Counted from the first letter of the stretch, positions 21,982 through 35,199 are shown. The stretch: DNA of 64,000 bases from an uncultured delta proteobacterium (GCA_963804955.1 CAWDSQ010000030.1:32001-96000); one strand, 5' to 3'. Notes: a model not told the origin generated them from the sequence alone. Made by a program: numbers and translations.

Positions 21982-22505
21982 AAACCATTGCCTTCATCTC
22001 CCAGCTTGCCATACCGGCCTTTATCCTTTTTGCCGTTCTGTACGGCGCCTGCCGCAAGGTGCGCGTGTATGATTCTTTCGTGTCCGGGGCAAAGGAAGGC
22101 CTGCAGGTCATTATGAATATTTTCCCGTACCTGCTGGCCATTTTCATAGCAGTGAAGGCATTCCAGGCATCGGGTATTTTTGATGTATTAAAGCAGGCAC
22201 TGTCCGGCCCGTGCCTGGCCCTTGGCATACCCCCCGAAGTTCTCTCTGTCGCGCTTATCAAACCTCTCTCAGGCAGCGCCTCAACCGCTTTTTTTATCGA
22301 CGTCGTGAAAACCTCCGGACCCGACAGCCTTGCCGGCAGGCTCTCGGGCGTCATTGTCGGCAGCGCAGAAACGAGCCTCTACGTGCTTGCCGTGTATCTG
22401 GGCGCCGTCAATATTCGCCGCACGGGCTATATCGTGCCCGTCTGCCTTATTGCCGATGGACTGGGTATCCTCATCGCAGCCGCAGTTGTGAAGCTGATGT
22501 TTTAA
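21978..22505 (+). CDS. spmB: SpmB-like membrane protein
   Basis: KVRVYDSFVSGAKEG, KPLSGS, GSAETSLYVLAVYLG; translationally coupled to spmA. Confidence 0.88.
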   Translation: MKTIAFISQLAIPAFILFAVLYGACRKVRVYDSFVSGAKEGLQVIMNIFPYLLAIFIAVKAFQASGIFDVLKQALSGPCLALGIPPEVLSVALIKPLSGSASTAFFIDVVKTSGPDSLAGRLSGVIVGSAETSLYVLAVYLGAVNIRRTGYIVPVCLIADGLGILIAAAVVKLMF

Positions 22506-22895
22506 GAGTTTATCTTATTCGTGTTTGAAGTTGAACTCATTCCATGACGTGCGAACAAAAAAATGATCCATCTTCAACCGGTTTCTACCCGTGAGCACGG
22601 CGCCTGAAAAAGCGATACCAGGACTCTAATGGAATGGCCTCTCAGCATGAAAACCCCCGGGCGAAAAGAAGCACACCTCGCTCTGGCGGGTAGGTATGCC
22701 TCGGGCACGGTGAGGCTTTATACGGAGCCGTTATTCTTCTGTGCTCGTGGCGTCATACTGGAAGGTTGTTTTCTCGACGGCGGCGAGTATGGCACAGCCT
22801 CTGCCCGGGGAAGGGAGATGAGGTGAACAAGTCCGGGCCTGCCACGGGCTTTATATGTCGGCGGTGCAGGTTTTTTTTAACGATTCAAAGGGGGG

Positions 22896-23651
22896 ATGTA
22901 TATGAAAAAAACACTGTCAGGAATTGCGGTCTTTCTGCTTCTTTTGGCACTGGGCATAGGGCTTTTGCTTTCAAAAATGCCGAAGAAAGGGCCGGCTCTG
23001 GTTGAGTTGCCCGGCGGTGTGCAGGGCGTTCTGTGCCGGTTTTCCTATAGCTGGATCATACCGAGTCAGGGAGGGGCTGTTCTTATCGACGCTGGCCTTG
23101 ATGAAAAAGCGCCGGATATCATTGCCGCGCTCAAGTGTAAGGGCCTGGGGCCTGAATCGGTTCAAGCTGTTCTCATTACGCATGGCCACGGCGATCATTT
23201 CGGCGGGGCCGGAGCTTTTCCCAATGCCCGTGTGTTTGCAGATAAAAACGATATTCCCTTTATACGCGGAGAGAAGAAGCGGGAGGGCATTGTGGGCAGC
23301 ATTTTTGGCAAAATTTCTTCAGGCAGGACGCCGCCGAAAAATCTCGAGGCTCTTCCGGACAAGGAGTCCATCCTTGTTGACGGTCTGACCTTCGGCATTA
23401 TCCGCCTCCAGGGCCATTCCCCGGGCAGTGTGGCGTATCTGTTGGGCGATATTCTGTTTTCCGGCGATGCTCTTATGGGCAGGGAAGATGGTGTTATGCC
23501 CCCGCCTTTTTTTTCCAGCGATGACCCTGAACAGAGCAAAAAAACGCTGACAGCACTTTTGAAGTTGCCCTTTTCAACTATCGCTGATGGCCATACCGGC
23601 GCCGTATTTGACGGGCACAAAAAACTTGAATCGTATCTTGAAAAACAGTAA
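22896..23651 (+). CDS. Metallo-beta-lactamase fold hydrolase with N-terminal membrane anchor
   Basis: THGHGDHFGG, GHSPGS, FSGDAL, GH. Confidence 0.9.
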   Translation: MYMKKTLSGIAVFLLLLALGIGLLLSKMPKKGPALVELPGGVQGVLCRFSYSWIIPSQGGAVLIDAGLDEKAPDIIAALKCKGLGPESVQAVLITHGHGDHFGGAGAFPNARVFADKNDIPFIRGEKKREGIVGSIFGKISSGRTPPKNLEALPDKESILVDGLTFGIIRLQGHSPGSVAYLLGDILFSGDALMGREDGVMPPPFFSSDDPEQSKKTLTALLKLPFSTIADGHTGAVFDGHKKLESYLEKQ

Positions 23652-23727
23652 ATGCCCGGGATGCAAGCCGCGCATGGGCTGCCCTGGCATTGTTTGAATC
23701 TTACGGGCAGGCACAGCCAGCGCCAGG

Positions 23728-26700
23728 CTACCGGCCTTCAAGCGCTTTTTGCACTGCCAGACCCAGATTCTGCATGGAAAAGGGCTTTAAAAGAAAAGCC
23801 CGTATGCCCATTTTTAGCGCCTGTTCCTCGGAAATCTTTTCACTGAAGCCGGTACAGAGAATAATGGGCAGGTCAGGCCGGATTGCAAGCAGCATGCCTG
23901 CCAGCTCATCTCCCCTGATATGGGGCATGGTCATGTCGGTGATGATACAGTCAAACCGGCCGGGGTCGGTGCTGAACATCTCAATGGCCTTCGCGCTGCT
24001 GGAAGTGCTGAAAACGGTATACCCGAGAGATTCCAGCATGGTGCGGCCGATCTGCATGACTGCCTCTTCGTCATCGACAAACAGAATGGTGCCGCTGCCC
24101 CGTGGGATTGAGGCGGGCTGCTGCGCAGCAGCCTCCTGCGGTTCCTCATCGATGCGCGGCAGCAGGACCTGAAACGCGGCCCCCGCCCCCGGCTCGCTGT
24201 CGACATGAATGCAGCCGCCATAGCTTTTTACAATACCGTGCGCGACGGCAAGGCCCATGCCCGTACCCTTGCCGACGGCTTTTGTCGTAAAAAACGGTTC
24301 GAAAATCCTTTCTTTGATGTCAGGCGCGATGCCGTGCCCCGTATCCCTCACGGTCAGCCGCACATAGGCCCCCGGAGCCAGATCATAACATCCGGCCATA
24401 TCTTCCGCTGTCCTGATGCAGGTCTCCTGGGAGATAGTAAGTATGCCCCCCGTCTCCTCCATGGCCTGTGCGGCATTGGTGCACAGGTTGATGATGAGCT
24501 GGTGGAGCTGAGTGGGGTCAGCCCTGACAACAGCATCTGCGTCGATGATATTTTGCCGTATTTCGATGGTGCTTGGAAGGGAGGCGCGCAGCAGCTTTAT
24601 CACTTCCTTGATGATGCTGCTTACTCTGAAAGGACTTGCCTCACGCGGGCTTTTCCTGCTGAAGGTCAGAATCTGTTTGACCAGCGAGCGCGCCCGGTCG
24701 CATGAACTGATGACATGGTGCAGCCGCTCAGTGGTTATACTGTCTTTGGGCACATCCATCATGGCAAGCTCGGTATAGCCGAGAATCGCGGCCAGGATAT
24801 TGTTGAAATCATGCGCTATGCCCCCTGCGAGCGTGCCGATAGCCTCCATTTTCTGTGACTGGCGCAGCTGCTCTTCAAGATATTTTTCGCGGGAGATATC
24901 CCGTCGATATGCTCAGTATATTAATGAGCCGGCCCTCTGCATCCAGAACCGGAGACAGCGTCTGTTCGACGCTTGCTGTTTTCCCCTCCCCGATTTTATA
25001 GTTCAGCACTCCGGTCCAGGCGCTGCCGCCCTGCAGTTGCTCATAAATGGCCTTGAAAAACTTCGGATCATAGATGCTGCCGGTAGCCTGAAAACCGTTT
25101 TTGCCGAGTATTTCATCAATCGGCCTGTTCATCTGGCTCACGACGGCCGGGTTTACGTACAATATAGTACCCAGGGCATCCATAATCAGGATGTTTTCAT
25201 GCGCCTGCTCAATGACCGAGCCTAAAAGCATGCGGTCGCGCTCTGCGTTTTTCCGCTCGGTTATGTCCCTGACAATTGCAGTAGCAAATGTTGCGCCTTC
25301 CGAGCTCCAAACAGCACGGGTAACTTCTATCGGGAATTCCGTCCCGTTTTTTTTCAGGCCGATGCTTTCGCTGCTTGTCTGAACACCATGCTGCAGGAAG
25401 GCATCACGCAGTGCATCCAGATCACCGTGCAAGCGTTCCGGAAGAAGCATGATGGCTTTTTTGCCGACTATTTCCTGCTCGGTATAGCCAAAGATTTTTT
25501 CAGCAGCATTGTTCCAGAAGACAATCGTCCCTGTGCTGTCAGCAGTTATGATGCCGTCAACCGCTGTTTCAAGAATAGCTCGCAGGCGCTCCTCCCTCTC
25601 GCGCAAAGCTTTTTCAGCTTTCTTGCGTTCTGTAATGTCACGCACAATGCCCGTAGCGAAAACTTCATCCCCTGATTTCCATATTGACTGTGACACTTCG
25701 GTCGGGAACTCGGAGCCGTCTTTTCTGACGCCGACGCCCTCTCTGCGGTTAAAGACAATGCGTTCTTTTCCCTGCTGCAACAGCCTCGTTCATTTGTTTG
25801 CTGTCACGGGCATGAAGACGTTCCGGAAGAATCGTATTGGCAGGTTTTCCGATTATTTCTGCGGCTGTATAGCCATAAATTTTTTCAGCAGCCTGGTTCC
25901 ACTCAATGATCAAGCCTGCGCTGTTGACGGTAATTATGGCGTCTACCGCGGTTTCGACAACGGAGCGGAGCCGCGCTTCGCGCTCCAGAAGAGCTTTTTC
26001 CGAATTTTTTCTTTCAGTAATATCGCGAATAATAGCCCGTCGCGAATACCTCATCCCCGGATTTCCATAAAGACTGCGACACTTCGGTCAGGGAACTCAG
26101 AACCGTCTTTTCCTGGTGCCACGGCCTTCTCGGCGATTAAAGGTCATGAACGTTCATCTGCCTGAATCAGAGCCTCGACGCCAAGCGCGTGCTGTCAGGG
26201 AACTTTACGCGTTCGGGTACAAGCACATTGATCGGCCGGCCGAGTATCTCTTCCGGCGGTATAGCCGAACATGTCCTGCAGCAGCTTTATTCCAGTCAAC
26301 GATCTGTCCGCTCGATGTCGGTTGTCACGACGGCGTCCACTGCGCCGTCAAATACGGCGCGGAGCCGCACTTCGCTCGCACGCACAGATGTTTCAGCGCT
26401 CTTGCGCTCCGTAATGTCGCGAATAATCCCCGTAGCGAATACTTCATCGCCGGATTTCCACACGGACTGGGATACCTCGGTCGGAAATTCGGAGCCGTCT
26501 TTCCTCAGGCCGACTCCCTCAATGCGATTATAGACAGTACGATCTTTACCCTGCTGCAGCGCGGCGCTCATGCCTTTGTTGTTCGAGTCATAAAGCCGTT
26601 CGGGAATAAGCATATTGACATGCCGGCCGAGCGCCTCGGCGGCGCTGTAGCCATACATGCTTTCAGCGGCCTTGTTCCAGCTGATAATCTCTCCCGTGCA

Positions 26701-27255
26701 GTCTGTTGTGACTATGGCGTCAATTGCGGTTTCAAAAACAGCGCGCAGCCGCTTTTCACTTGACGCAAGCTCTTTGTTGCTTGCCGTCAGTTGCTGCAGG
26801 GCAGCCGACAGTTCGACGGTCTTTCCCTCAACCAGTTTTTCAAGCGAGCTGCCGGTGAAGATCAAGTTCGCGCTCGATCTGTTCTTTGTGAGCAAGCTCT
26901 TTTTTGAGTCTGCGGCTTAAATCGCTGATACGGCCGATAATAAATCCGATAATGATAAAAGTAATTGTGCTCTGCAAGGCCTGCTCCGGATTTAATTATT
27001 CTCACGTACCAGTCAATGCCCATGATCTGGCAGATGACAATAGTTGGCCGCAAGCGACAGCAACCCGGCAGCAGATCCGGCTGCGGCTCCATACAGCCAT
27101 GCCGCAGTGATAACCGGTATGAAGGCGCAATCGCCGCCCATGCCGAAATTTTTCCATTTGTACAGGATAATGAAAATGACGATGTAGACGAGAACGGAGA
27201 GCAGGAAGTAAGAATCTCTTGCACTCCAGGCACGGACAGAGCGCGCTGATAGCAC
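23728..27255 (-). CDS. Membrane-anchored multi-PAS hybrid sensor histidine kinase/response regulator (fragmented by many frameshifts; start uncertain)
   Basis: TM segments at ~26950-27255; repeated PAS/PAC units (DAIVT..., [11 protein letters not shown]...RDITERK); HDFNNIL H-box, GKGTGMGL G-box, receiver VDDE...TDMTMP...KPF. Confidence 0.88.
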
Positions 27256-27576
27256 CTGGCCGGAACGGGTTGCCGTAATGATTTTTATTGTTTCAGGGGC
27301 ATCTGTATGAATCCACCATATGCGATCGTGGACATCGTTTAAGGGCTAATTTAAAACAATAATTGGATTGCTAATACATGATTGTTTTACAGAGTTTTCA
27401 TAATTTATTTATTGCACGTTAAAATTGTAAATGCAATAGCAGACCGGCATCAGGAATGCGGCGGTAACAGTGGGTGCTGAAAGTTTTATAAAAAGGCATT
27501 TTGATTGAGGGATAATGAACCTGCGACAGCCCGTGGGGTGGGCAGGATTTGCAGAGCGCGAAGCCGGGGAGTATAT

Positions 27577-30500
27577 CTATGTTCGAGGCGGGAGCAGGGC
27601 AACCCGTTCAGAGCATGCGCGGTGCCTGCGATGCTCGCGCAGATACTGAGCCGTGAGCGATTCCCGGAAATTTCCGCCGGCAACCTCATGTGGCGGGCCT
27701 GCGGCGACTATTCTCCCACCGTCTGCGCCGCCTCCCGGGCCAAGGTCGATGATGGTGTCGGCCTGACCAATCACCTCGAGGTTGTGCTCAATGATGACCA
27801 TGGTGTTTCCGAGCTCGACCAGTTCCTGCAGCACGTTCATGAGCTTTTCAATATCGGCAGGGTGCAGGCCCGTGGTGGGTTCATCAAGAATATAGAGCGT
27901 TGCCCCCTGGTCGTTTTTACACAGCTCCGCCGCTATCTTGATGCGCTGCGCCTCGCCGCCGGAGAGCGTTGGACTTGGCTGCCCGAGCTGCAGATACCCA
28001 AGGCCCATGCGCTGCAGGATGTCCAGCGGCCGGTGGATAGCTGAGAATCCGGTGAAAAAATCGCAGCCTTCCTCGACGGTCATGGACAGAACCTGCGAGA
28101 TATTTTTTTCTTTGAGAAGAATTTGAAGCGTTTCATCGTTGAAGCGGTTGCCGCGGCACTCGTCGCAAGCGACATACATGTCAGGCAGAAAGTTCATGGC
28201 AATCCGGAGCTTGCCCTGTCCCGAGCATTTTTCGCACCGCCCACCGCTGACATTGAAGGAAAACCTGCTTGCAGCGTAGCCGCGCATGCGCGCATCGGGC
28301 ACGAGAGCGTAGAGCTTGCGGATGTCATCGTAGAATCCTACATAGGTCGCCGGCACCGAGCGGGGTGTTTTGCCGATGGGCGACTGGTCGATTTCAATGA
28401 CGCGCCTGACCTGCTCGGCGCCTGCAATATCCCGGTGGCTGCCGGTAGACCCGAAATACTGGCCGAGCTTTTTGCGCAGGCCCTTGTAGAGGGTCTCGCG
28501 CACAAGGGTCGTTTTGCCCGACCCGGAAATGCCGGTTACCACCGTAAGCCGTCCCAGCGGGATAGACACCGTAAGCTCCTGCAGATTGTGCTCCCGGGCG
28601 CCAACCAGTGTGATATGGCTGCAGCCCGCAAGCGGCCGTGATATGCGGCCGTCCGAGCGCCGGGCTGTTTCGGAAAGCCAGGCCCCGGTGATTGAAGCCG
28701 GGTTTTTCAGTATTTCGGCAAGTGTTCCCGCAGCCACCACCGTGCCGCCATGCATGCCGCCGCCGGGCCCGAGATCGACAATATAGTCGGCGCTGCGTAT
28801 CGTCTCTTCATCATGCTCAACGATGATGACGCTGTTGCCCTTCTGCTGAAGCTCCCGAATGATGGAGATGAGCTTTTTGCTGTCATGGGGGTGCAGGCCG
28901 ATGGTGGGCTCGTCCAGCACATAGGCAACGCCCCGCAGGTTTGATGCCACCTGCGCCGCAAGGCGCATGCGCTGTGCTTCACCGCCCGAAAGCGTGTCGG
29001 CGCTGCGGTCAAGGCTGAGATAGGAGAGCCCTGCCTTGTCCAGCAGCTGAAGCTTCGGGATGAGCTCCTGCAGTATTGGCCTGGCGATCGCCCGGTGCTT
29101 GCCCGAAAAAGAAATTGTTTTCAGAAATGCGAGCAGGCCCGGGGCTGTCATGGAAGCAAGCTCGGCTATCGATTTGTCCGTGATGAGCACGGAGCGGGCG
29201 GCCTGGTTCAGGCGCGTCCCATTGCAGTCCGGGCAGCGCGACTCAATATGAAACTGGGCCAGATACTCCTGCATCTGCGACTCGTCATCGGCTTGCGGCG
29301 ATTCGAAAAGTGCTGCAAGGCCGGGGAATGATTTTGAGCCATGCAGCAGCGCCTTGTGCTTTGCCGGCGTCAGACGGGCAAGCGGCTCATCCGGTGCTAT
29401 GCCGAGGCTGCGCTCAATGCGGCCGATGATGCGTTTTTTGAGCGCCTGGGGCACCTGCTGAGCGATAAGAGCGGGTATGGCCCCGTCTTGAATCGACTTG
29501 TGGCGGTCGGCTATCATCAGCTCCGCCGACAGCGCTGCAACCGAGCCCAGCCCTTCGCAGCGGCGGCAGGCGCCTGAAGGGCTATTGAACGAGAACAGGC
29601 GGGGGTCGGGCTCTTCCATGCTGATGCGGCATTCCGGGCATGATGCTTTGATGCTGTAGAATTTTTCATCGTCCGGTGGCGACAGCACCATCATTTCCCC
29701 TCTGCCCAGCCCGAGGGCGCGGTTGACCATATCCTGAAGGCGCGGTGCGCTGAGTGCTGCGGGCGCACATTCAGAGGTGATGAAATCGATTTTGTGCTCG
29801 TGATAGCGCTTGATGGCGAAAATATTGCCGACCTCAACAACTGCGCCGTCTATGCGGATGCGGCTGCAGCCTTCAAGGCGGGCCCGCTGTATGACGTCTT
29901 TATGGAATCCCTTGCGGCCGCGCACCTGCGGGGCAAGCAGCAGCACCTGGCGGCTGCCGAAGCTGCGGGCAATATCGCGGCAGATGTCCTGGGGGTTTTG
30001 CGCTGCAAGGGGCCTGCCGCAGCCGGGGCAGTGCTGCTGACCCGCCTTGGCAAACAGCAGCCGCAGATAGTGATAGATTTCCGTGGCGGTGGCGACGGTG
30101 GAGTTGCGGCCGCCGCGCGAGAGCATCTGCTCTATGGCCACCGTTGGCGGCAGTCCCCTGATGGCATCCACATCGGGTCGCGCGAGCTGGGTGATATACT
30201 GGCGGGCATAGGGCGACAGCGTTTCAAGAAATCGGCGCTGGCCTTCGGCAAACAGAATGTCAAATGCCAGGGTGGATTTGCCCGAGCCCGAAAGTCCTGT
30301 GATCACGACCATCTGCCCGAGCGGCAGCTTGAGTGACAGGTTTTTGAGATTGTGTTCGCGTGCTCCTTCGATGGAAATGCAGTTTCCGCCATTCTGCGGA
30401 GCCTGCTTTTTACTGCCGCGCTGGACAGCTGCTGCCGGGTGGGTGTATTCCTTTAAAAAAAGGCCCGTGTAGGAACCCTCTGCCGCCATGATTTCATCAG

Positions 30501-33189
30501 GCGGACCCTGCGCCACCAGGCTGCCGCCGGCATGGCCGCCTTCCGGGCCGAGGTCAAGCAGGTGATCTGCGCATTTTATTATATCCAGATTATGCTCAAC
30601 GACGATAATGGAATGGCCCTGACGCACAAGGTAGTCAAAGGCCTGCAGGAGTTTTGCAATATCGTCATAGTGCAGCCCTGTCGTGGGCTCGTCAAAAAGA
30701 AAGAGAGTTCGACCCTGGCTGCCCTGCCTGATAAATGATGCCAGTTTCAGCCGCTGCGACTCCCCGCCCGAGAGCGTATTGGCCGGCTGCCCGAGCCGCA
30801 GATACCCCAGGCCCACCATGTCGAGAATGCGCAGGGGGGAGGTGATTTTGGGCGTATCGGCGAAAAAAGCGCAGCCTTCGGCAACGGACATCTCCAGCAC
30901 ATCATGGATGTTTTTGCCCTGCCAGGTTACTTCGAGCACTTCAGGGCTGTAGCGCCTGCCGCGGCATGCCGGGCAGGTCACATACACATCCGCCAGAAAC
31001 TGCATCTCAACCATTTCATAGCCGTCGCCCTGGCACTGCTGGCACCGGCCTCCCTGGCTGTTGAAAGAAAATGTTGAAGCCGTATAGCCCCGCTCGCGCG
31101 CGGCATCGGTCTGGGCAAACAGGGCCCGTATGGCCTCAAAAGCCTTCATGTAGGTGACCGGGTTTGAGCGCGGGGTTCTGCCGATGGGCCCCTGATCCAT
31201 AAGAATCACGGTCTCGGGAGCGTTTTTCCCCTCAAAGAAGCAGAGGCCTGATTTTTTATCGCGCTGCGACAGGGTTTTGTACAGCACGTCCTCGAGAAGG
31301 GTTGATTTGCCTGAGCCCGAAACTCCGGTTATGCAGACAAGCAGGCCAAGGGGGATGGTGATATCGAGTGATTTTAGATTATGAGCGGCTGCGCCGCGAA
31401 CCTGCAGGCGGCAGTCGGATGAGGGCCTGCGCCGCAGCCGGGGAGGCCTTATGGCAAGAGCCCCTGACATATATTTTCCGGTAAGTGATGCCGTGCTTTT
31501 TAGAAGCCCGGCCGGCGTTCCCGTAAAAACGATACTGCCGCCCCGTTCCCCCGAGGCCGGCCCCATGTCGATGACCGTATCGCTATTGGAGATAATATCG
31601 TGATCATGCTCAACGATCATCAGCGTATTGCCCATGTCCCTCAGGCCCTTCAGGATTTCGATCAGCATGCGCGTGTCGCGCGGGTGGAGTCCAATGCTGG
31701 GCTCATCCAGCACATAGAGCGTATTGACAAGGCATGAACCCAGGGCCGTTGTGAGGCTGGCCCGCTCCACTTCGCCGCCCGAGAGGGTGCGCGACTGGCG
31801 GTCAAGGGTGAGATACCCCAGCCCCACGCGCTCAAGATAGGAGAGGCGCGAGGCTATTTCCTGCAGCAGCACCGTGACGGTCGTATCCTCACCGGGGCGG
31901 GCCTGGAGCGCGCGGAAATAGTGGAGACAGTCAGAGATGGGCATGCTGCAGATATCGGCAATGGAGGCGCCGCCGATTTTATACAGCAGGGTCTCGTTCT
32001 TGAAGCGCGTGCCGCCGCAGGCTGAGCACAGGGTGTAGGCGCGGTATTTTGAAAGCAGCACCCGTATGTGCATTTTATAGGTCCGCGTTTCAAGCCACTT
32101 GAAAAAGCCCATGATGCCGTAGAAATCGTCGCTGCCTGTGACAATGGTTGAGCGCTGCTCGTCGGTAAGCTCGCGGTACGGCAGGTCTGCGGGAATGCCC
32201 TGCCTGCGGCAGAAGCGCAAAAGATCATGATAGGCCTCGCGGTATGATGGCGTTGACCAGGGCTTGATCGCATCATCCTTGAGGGACAAAGACGTGTCGG
32301 GCACCACCGCATCAAGATCAACCTCGATTGTGCGGCCGAATCCCCTGCACAGGTCGCAGGCCCCCAGAGGGCTGTTGAAAGAAAAAAGGCCGGGGGTCGG
32401 TATGCGGTAGTGTATGTCGCAGTGGGGGCAGTGAAGGTCGGTGCTGAATTTCAGCGGTAGAGCCTCAGCCTCCGCAAGAAAGACAGAGGCCTGCCCCTTG
32501 CCGAATTTCAACGTGGTTTCAAGAGAATCGGCAAGGCGCTTTTTATTGCGCTGTGCAATCGTCACCCTGTCTGCAAGGATATTGACAGTTCCTTCTGCAT
32601 GATGCGCCAGCAGTTCAGCCGTTATTTCCTGCGCCGTACCGGCTTCAAAAATCCGGTAAAACCCCTGGGCCCGGAGCCCTGCCTCAACCTCCTGCAGAGG
32701 CACAACCGATGCCGGGGGAACCGTAAAGGGAAAGGCGATGGTGCAGCCCAGACCCTCATGGTCTGCCAGAAGCACCCGGCAGATCGACTCTGCTGAGTCT
32801 TTTTCAACAACCCGGCCGCAGCCCCGGCAGCACAGGCGCGCAAGCCTGGGAAAAAGCAGCTTCAAATAGTCGGTGATTTCGGTGAGCGTCCCCAGCGTCG
32901 AGCGGGAGGTTTTAATAGTGTTGGTCTGGTTGATGGCAATGGCCGGAAGAATGCCCTCGATCGAGTCGACGGCCGGCTTGTCCATGCGGTCCATGAACTG
33001 GCGGGCATAGGCTGAAAAGCTTTCGATATACCGGCGCTGGCCTTCGGCATAGACCGTGTCGAAGGCCAGGCTTGATTTGCCCGAGCCCGACACGCCCGTC
33101 ACGACCGTGATTTTCCCCAGCTCAATATCCAGATCGAGGTTTTTCAGATTGTTCTGGCATGCGCCGCGGATGCTTATTTTATCGCTCAT
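27577..33189 (-). CDS. uvrA: Excinuclease ABC subunit A, double-length (two UvrA units fused)
   Basis: 1870 aa; four Walker A motifs (GVSGSGKS x2, [16 protein letters not shown]), four LSGGE signatures, repeated FSFN zinc modules. Confidence 0.95.
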   Translation of the reverse strand: MSDKISIRGACQNNLKNLDLDIELGKITVVTGVSGSGKSSLAFDTVYAEGQRRYIESFSAYARQFMDRMDKPAVDSIEGILPAIAINQTNTIKTSRSTLGTLTEITDYLKLLFPRLARLCCRGCGRVVEKDSAESICRVLLADHEGLGCTIAFPFTVPPASVVPLQEVEAGLRAQGFYRIFEAGTAQEITAELLAHHAEGTVNILADRVTIAQRNKKRLADSLETTLKFGKGQASVFLAEAEALPLKFSTDLHCPHCDIHYRIPTPGLFSFNSPLGACDLCRGFGRTIEVDLDAVVPDTSLSLKDDAIKPWSTPSYREAYHDLLRFCRRQGIPADLPYRELTDEQRSTIVTGSDDFYGIMGFFKWLETRTYKMHIRVLLSKYRAYTLCSACGGTRFKNETLLYKIGGASIADICSMPISDCLHYFRALQARPGEDTTVTVLLQEIASRLSYLERVGLGYLTLDRQSRTLSGGEVERASLTTALGSCLVNTLYVLDEPSIGLHPRDTRMLIEILKGLRDMGNTLMIVEHDHDIISNSDTVIDMGPASGERGGSIVFTGTPAGLLKSTASLTGKYMSGALAIRPPRLRRRPSSDCRLQVRGAAAHNLKSLDITIPLGLLVCITGVSGSGKSTLLEDVLYKTLSQRDKKSGLCFFEGKNAPETVILMDQGPIGRTPRSNPVTYMKAFEAIRALFAQTDAARERGYTASTFSFNSQGGRCQQCQGDGYEMVEMQFLADVYVTCPACRGRRYSPEVLEVTWQGKNIHDVLEMSVAEGCAFFADTPKITSPLRILDMVGLGYLRLGQPANTLSGGESQRLKLASFIRQGSQGRTLFLFDEPTTGLHYDDIAKLLQAFDYLVRQGHSIIVVEHNLDIIKCADHLLDLGPEGGHAGGSLVAQGPPDEIMAAEGSYTGLFLKEYTHPAAAVQRGSKKQAPQNGGNCISIEGAREHNLKNLSLKLPLGQMVVITGLSGSGKSTLAFDILFAEGQRRFLETLSPYARQYITQLARPDVDAIRGLPPTVAIEQMLSRGGRNSTVATATEIYHYLRLLFAKAGQQHCPGCGRPLAAQNPQDICRDIARSFGSRQVLLLAPQVRGRKGFHKDVIQRARLEGCSRIRIDGAVVEVGNIFAIKRYHEHKIDFITSECAPAALSAPRLQDMVNRALGLGRGEMMVLSPPDDEKFYSIKASCPECRISMEEPDPRLFSFNSPSGACRRCEGLGSVAALSAELMIADRHKSIQDGAIPALIAQQVPQALKKRIIGRIERSLGIAPDEPLARLTPAKHKALLHGSKSFPGLAALFESPQADDESQMQEYLAQFHIESRCPDCNGTRLNQAARSVLITDKSIAELASMTAPGLLAFLKTISFSGKHRAIARPILQELIPKLQLLDKAGLSYLSLDRSADTLSGGEAQRMRLAAQVASNLRGVAYVLDEPTIGLHPHDSKKLISIIRELQQKGNSVIIVEHDEETIRSADYIVDLGPGGGMHGGTVVAAGTLAEILKNPASITGAWLSETARRSDGRISRPLAGCSHITLVGAREHNLQELTVSIPLGRLTVVTGISGSGKTTLVRETLYKGLRKKLGQYFGSTGSHRDIAGAEQVRRVIEIDQSPIGKTPRSVPATYVGFYDDIRKLYALVPDARMRGYAASRFSFNVSGGRCEKCSGQGKLRIAMNFLPDMYVACDECRGNRFNDETLQILLKEKNISQVLSMTVEEGCDFFTGFSAIHRPLDILQRMGLGYLQLGQPSPTLSGGEAQRIKIAAELCKNDQGATLYILDEPTTGLHPADIEKLMNVLQELVELGNTMVIIEHNLEVIGQADTIIDLGPGGGADGGRIVAAGPPHEVAGGNFRESLTAQYLREHRRHRACSERVALLPPRT

Positions 33190-33625
33190 GGATTTTTGTC
33201 ACTCATAGTGTGCCGTGAAATGCCATAAGTAAATTATATAACTATACTTCCCTTGAAGTATCCTTTCAAGTGTTTCTTTACGATATGATTTTCCACCCGG
33301 CCGGAGGTTGGGTGCTTGTTTTGTTGTTGTTATCACCAAAGGGCTGACGGGATGGTGGGTGTACTCTCTGTTTCAGGGTTAACCTTTTATTGTCTTCAGG
33401 AACCATCGCCTGTGGCTGGGGTTCCCGAAAAAGGCATCACAAACGCTGCGTATTTGCTTATGCCCTTCATGGCGAAACCAAGCCACCCGCTATGCGGGTG
33501 TTCATTGACATTTCATGGATCAATTTTAAAAGGAGAAAAAGGGGCACTTTATAATACGTGTTTTTTATGATACTAGATAAAGTGATTAATGATACGGTTT
33601 TGCGTGTAATTTGAAAGGATACTCT

Positions 33626-34477
33626 ATGTGCGAATTTTGCTCACAGCATGGCGACGGCAAGGTCTGGTACAAGAATGCGAAAAACTATTCGCAGGATCTG
33701 GCCTCTGATATTCAGCGCCGAAAATATATTGAGCAGTTTCTTGATACGACAATCAAAGAAGGGTTTGCCACGCTCGGCAGGCTCGAAACGCTTTTTCAGC
33801 GTCGGGGCAGGCTTCCTGATGCCATCAAAAAAGGCATGGAAGAGCAGGCAAAGCGCGAGCACTACGGCCAGGTTCTGCCCATTGAGGAAATCCGCGAGCT
33901 GGTGATGAAGGCTGCCACGATTGTGCGCATGCCCTGCGCCTGCCGGTGGACGATCAGCCGCACCGAAGCGCGGTGCTGCTACGGCGTGAGCTTTTCTCCT
34001 GATGCCTGGTATAAAGACCTCGACATGAGCTATTTCGGAAAAGCCTCTGATGAAGGGCTTGAAACCGTTGCGCGGGAAGAAGCGATTGGCCAGATGGAGC
34101 ATCTGGAGGAAAAGGGCGCGGTCCACACCATCTGGACCATGATGACCCCGTTTATCGGGGCCATCTGCAATTGCACCCTGCAGGACTGCATTGCCATGAA
34201 AACGCTTTCCGGCATCAAAGTCGATACGATGGCCCGGGCCGAGTTTGTCGCCGCGGTTGATGAAAAGGCCTGCACCGGGTGCGGGCTGTGCCGTGAAAAG
34301 TGCCAGTTTGACGCAATCACCGATACGCAGGATGCCGGAAACTTTCGTGCAGCCATTGACAGAGAAAAATGTTATGGATGCGGCCTCTGCCGCACTGCCT
34401 GCGCTGCCGAAGCCATAACTCTTAGTGCAGCGATAAGTTTTACGGCGGCATCCGTCAATTTTGAAATACAGGGATAA
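33626..34477 (+). CDS. 4Fe-4S binding protein
   Basis: CTGCGLCREKC and CYGCGLCRTAC ferredoxin motifs; also MCEFC, CACR and ICNC. Confidence 0.88.
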   Translation: MCEFCSQHGDGKVWYKNAKNYSQDLASDIQRRKYIEQFLDTTIKEGFATLGRLETLFQRRGRLPDAIKKGMEEQAKREHYGQVLPIEEIRELVMKAATIVRMPCACRWTISRTEARCCYGVSFSPDAWYKDLDMSYFGKASDEGLETVAREEAIGQMEHLEEKGAVHTIWTMMTPFIGAICNCTLQDCIAMKTLSGIKVDTMARAEFVAAVDEKACTGCGLCREKCQFDAITDTQDAGNFRAAIDREKCYGCGLCRTACAAEAITLSAAISFTAASVNFEIQG

Positions 34478-34479
34478 TT

Positions 34480-35102
34480 ATGGACGAGAAACGGGGTCTT
34501 AATATGTACCGGGCGGTGTTTGACGCGCTGCCTTCGCTGATCTTTATCGTCGATGACGATGTGAGGATCTATGAATGCAATGCTGCGGCAGAAAATCTGC
34601 TGGGAGCAAAGAGCGCAACTGTTCTGCGAAAACGAGCGGGCCAGGTTCTGCACTGCCTGCACGCCGCGGATGTTCCGGAAGGGTGCGGACGAGCCGAGTT
34701 CTGCCGGGATTGTGTTATCAGAAATGCCGTTGCGGAGGCATTCCGGGGAAACCGCGTTGTGCGGAGCCGCACACGGCTGGAGATCATGAGCAACGGCGCT
34801 GCGATTGAAATATACGCGCTTATAAGCGCTACCCCTTTATTTATCAGGAGAAGGCTCTGGTTTTATTAGTGGTGGAGGACATAAGTGAAATAGCCGAGCT
34901 TCGGCGATTGATTCCCATTTGTTCCGTGTGCAAGAAAGTGCGCGATGATACGGAATCCTGGCAGCGGCTGGAAAGTTATTTTAAGGATCACTGGGATGTT
35001 GACTTTACTCATGGCCTGTGCCCCGACTGCCACAAGGTCGAGCTTACCAAACTGAAAGACCGCAGTAAAGAAAGGTTGAATTCTAAAGAGGATCAGTCGT
35101 AG
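34480..35102 (+). CDS. Small PAS-domain protein with C-terminal Cys motif (frameshift near 34850)
   Basis: FDALPSLIFIVD...NAAA PAS start; C-terminal IPICSVCKKVRDD...W...FTHGLCPDC. Confidence 0.8.
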
Positions 35103-35199
35103 CCATGCCATGGTCAGCCGGGCTGAACGAAAACCTTTCACCATAAATTTGTTGGGTTCGCCCTTAGGCATGTTCTTTTTCGCAAGCATCTATTTTTCC

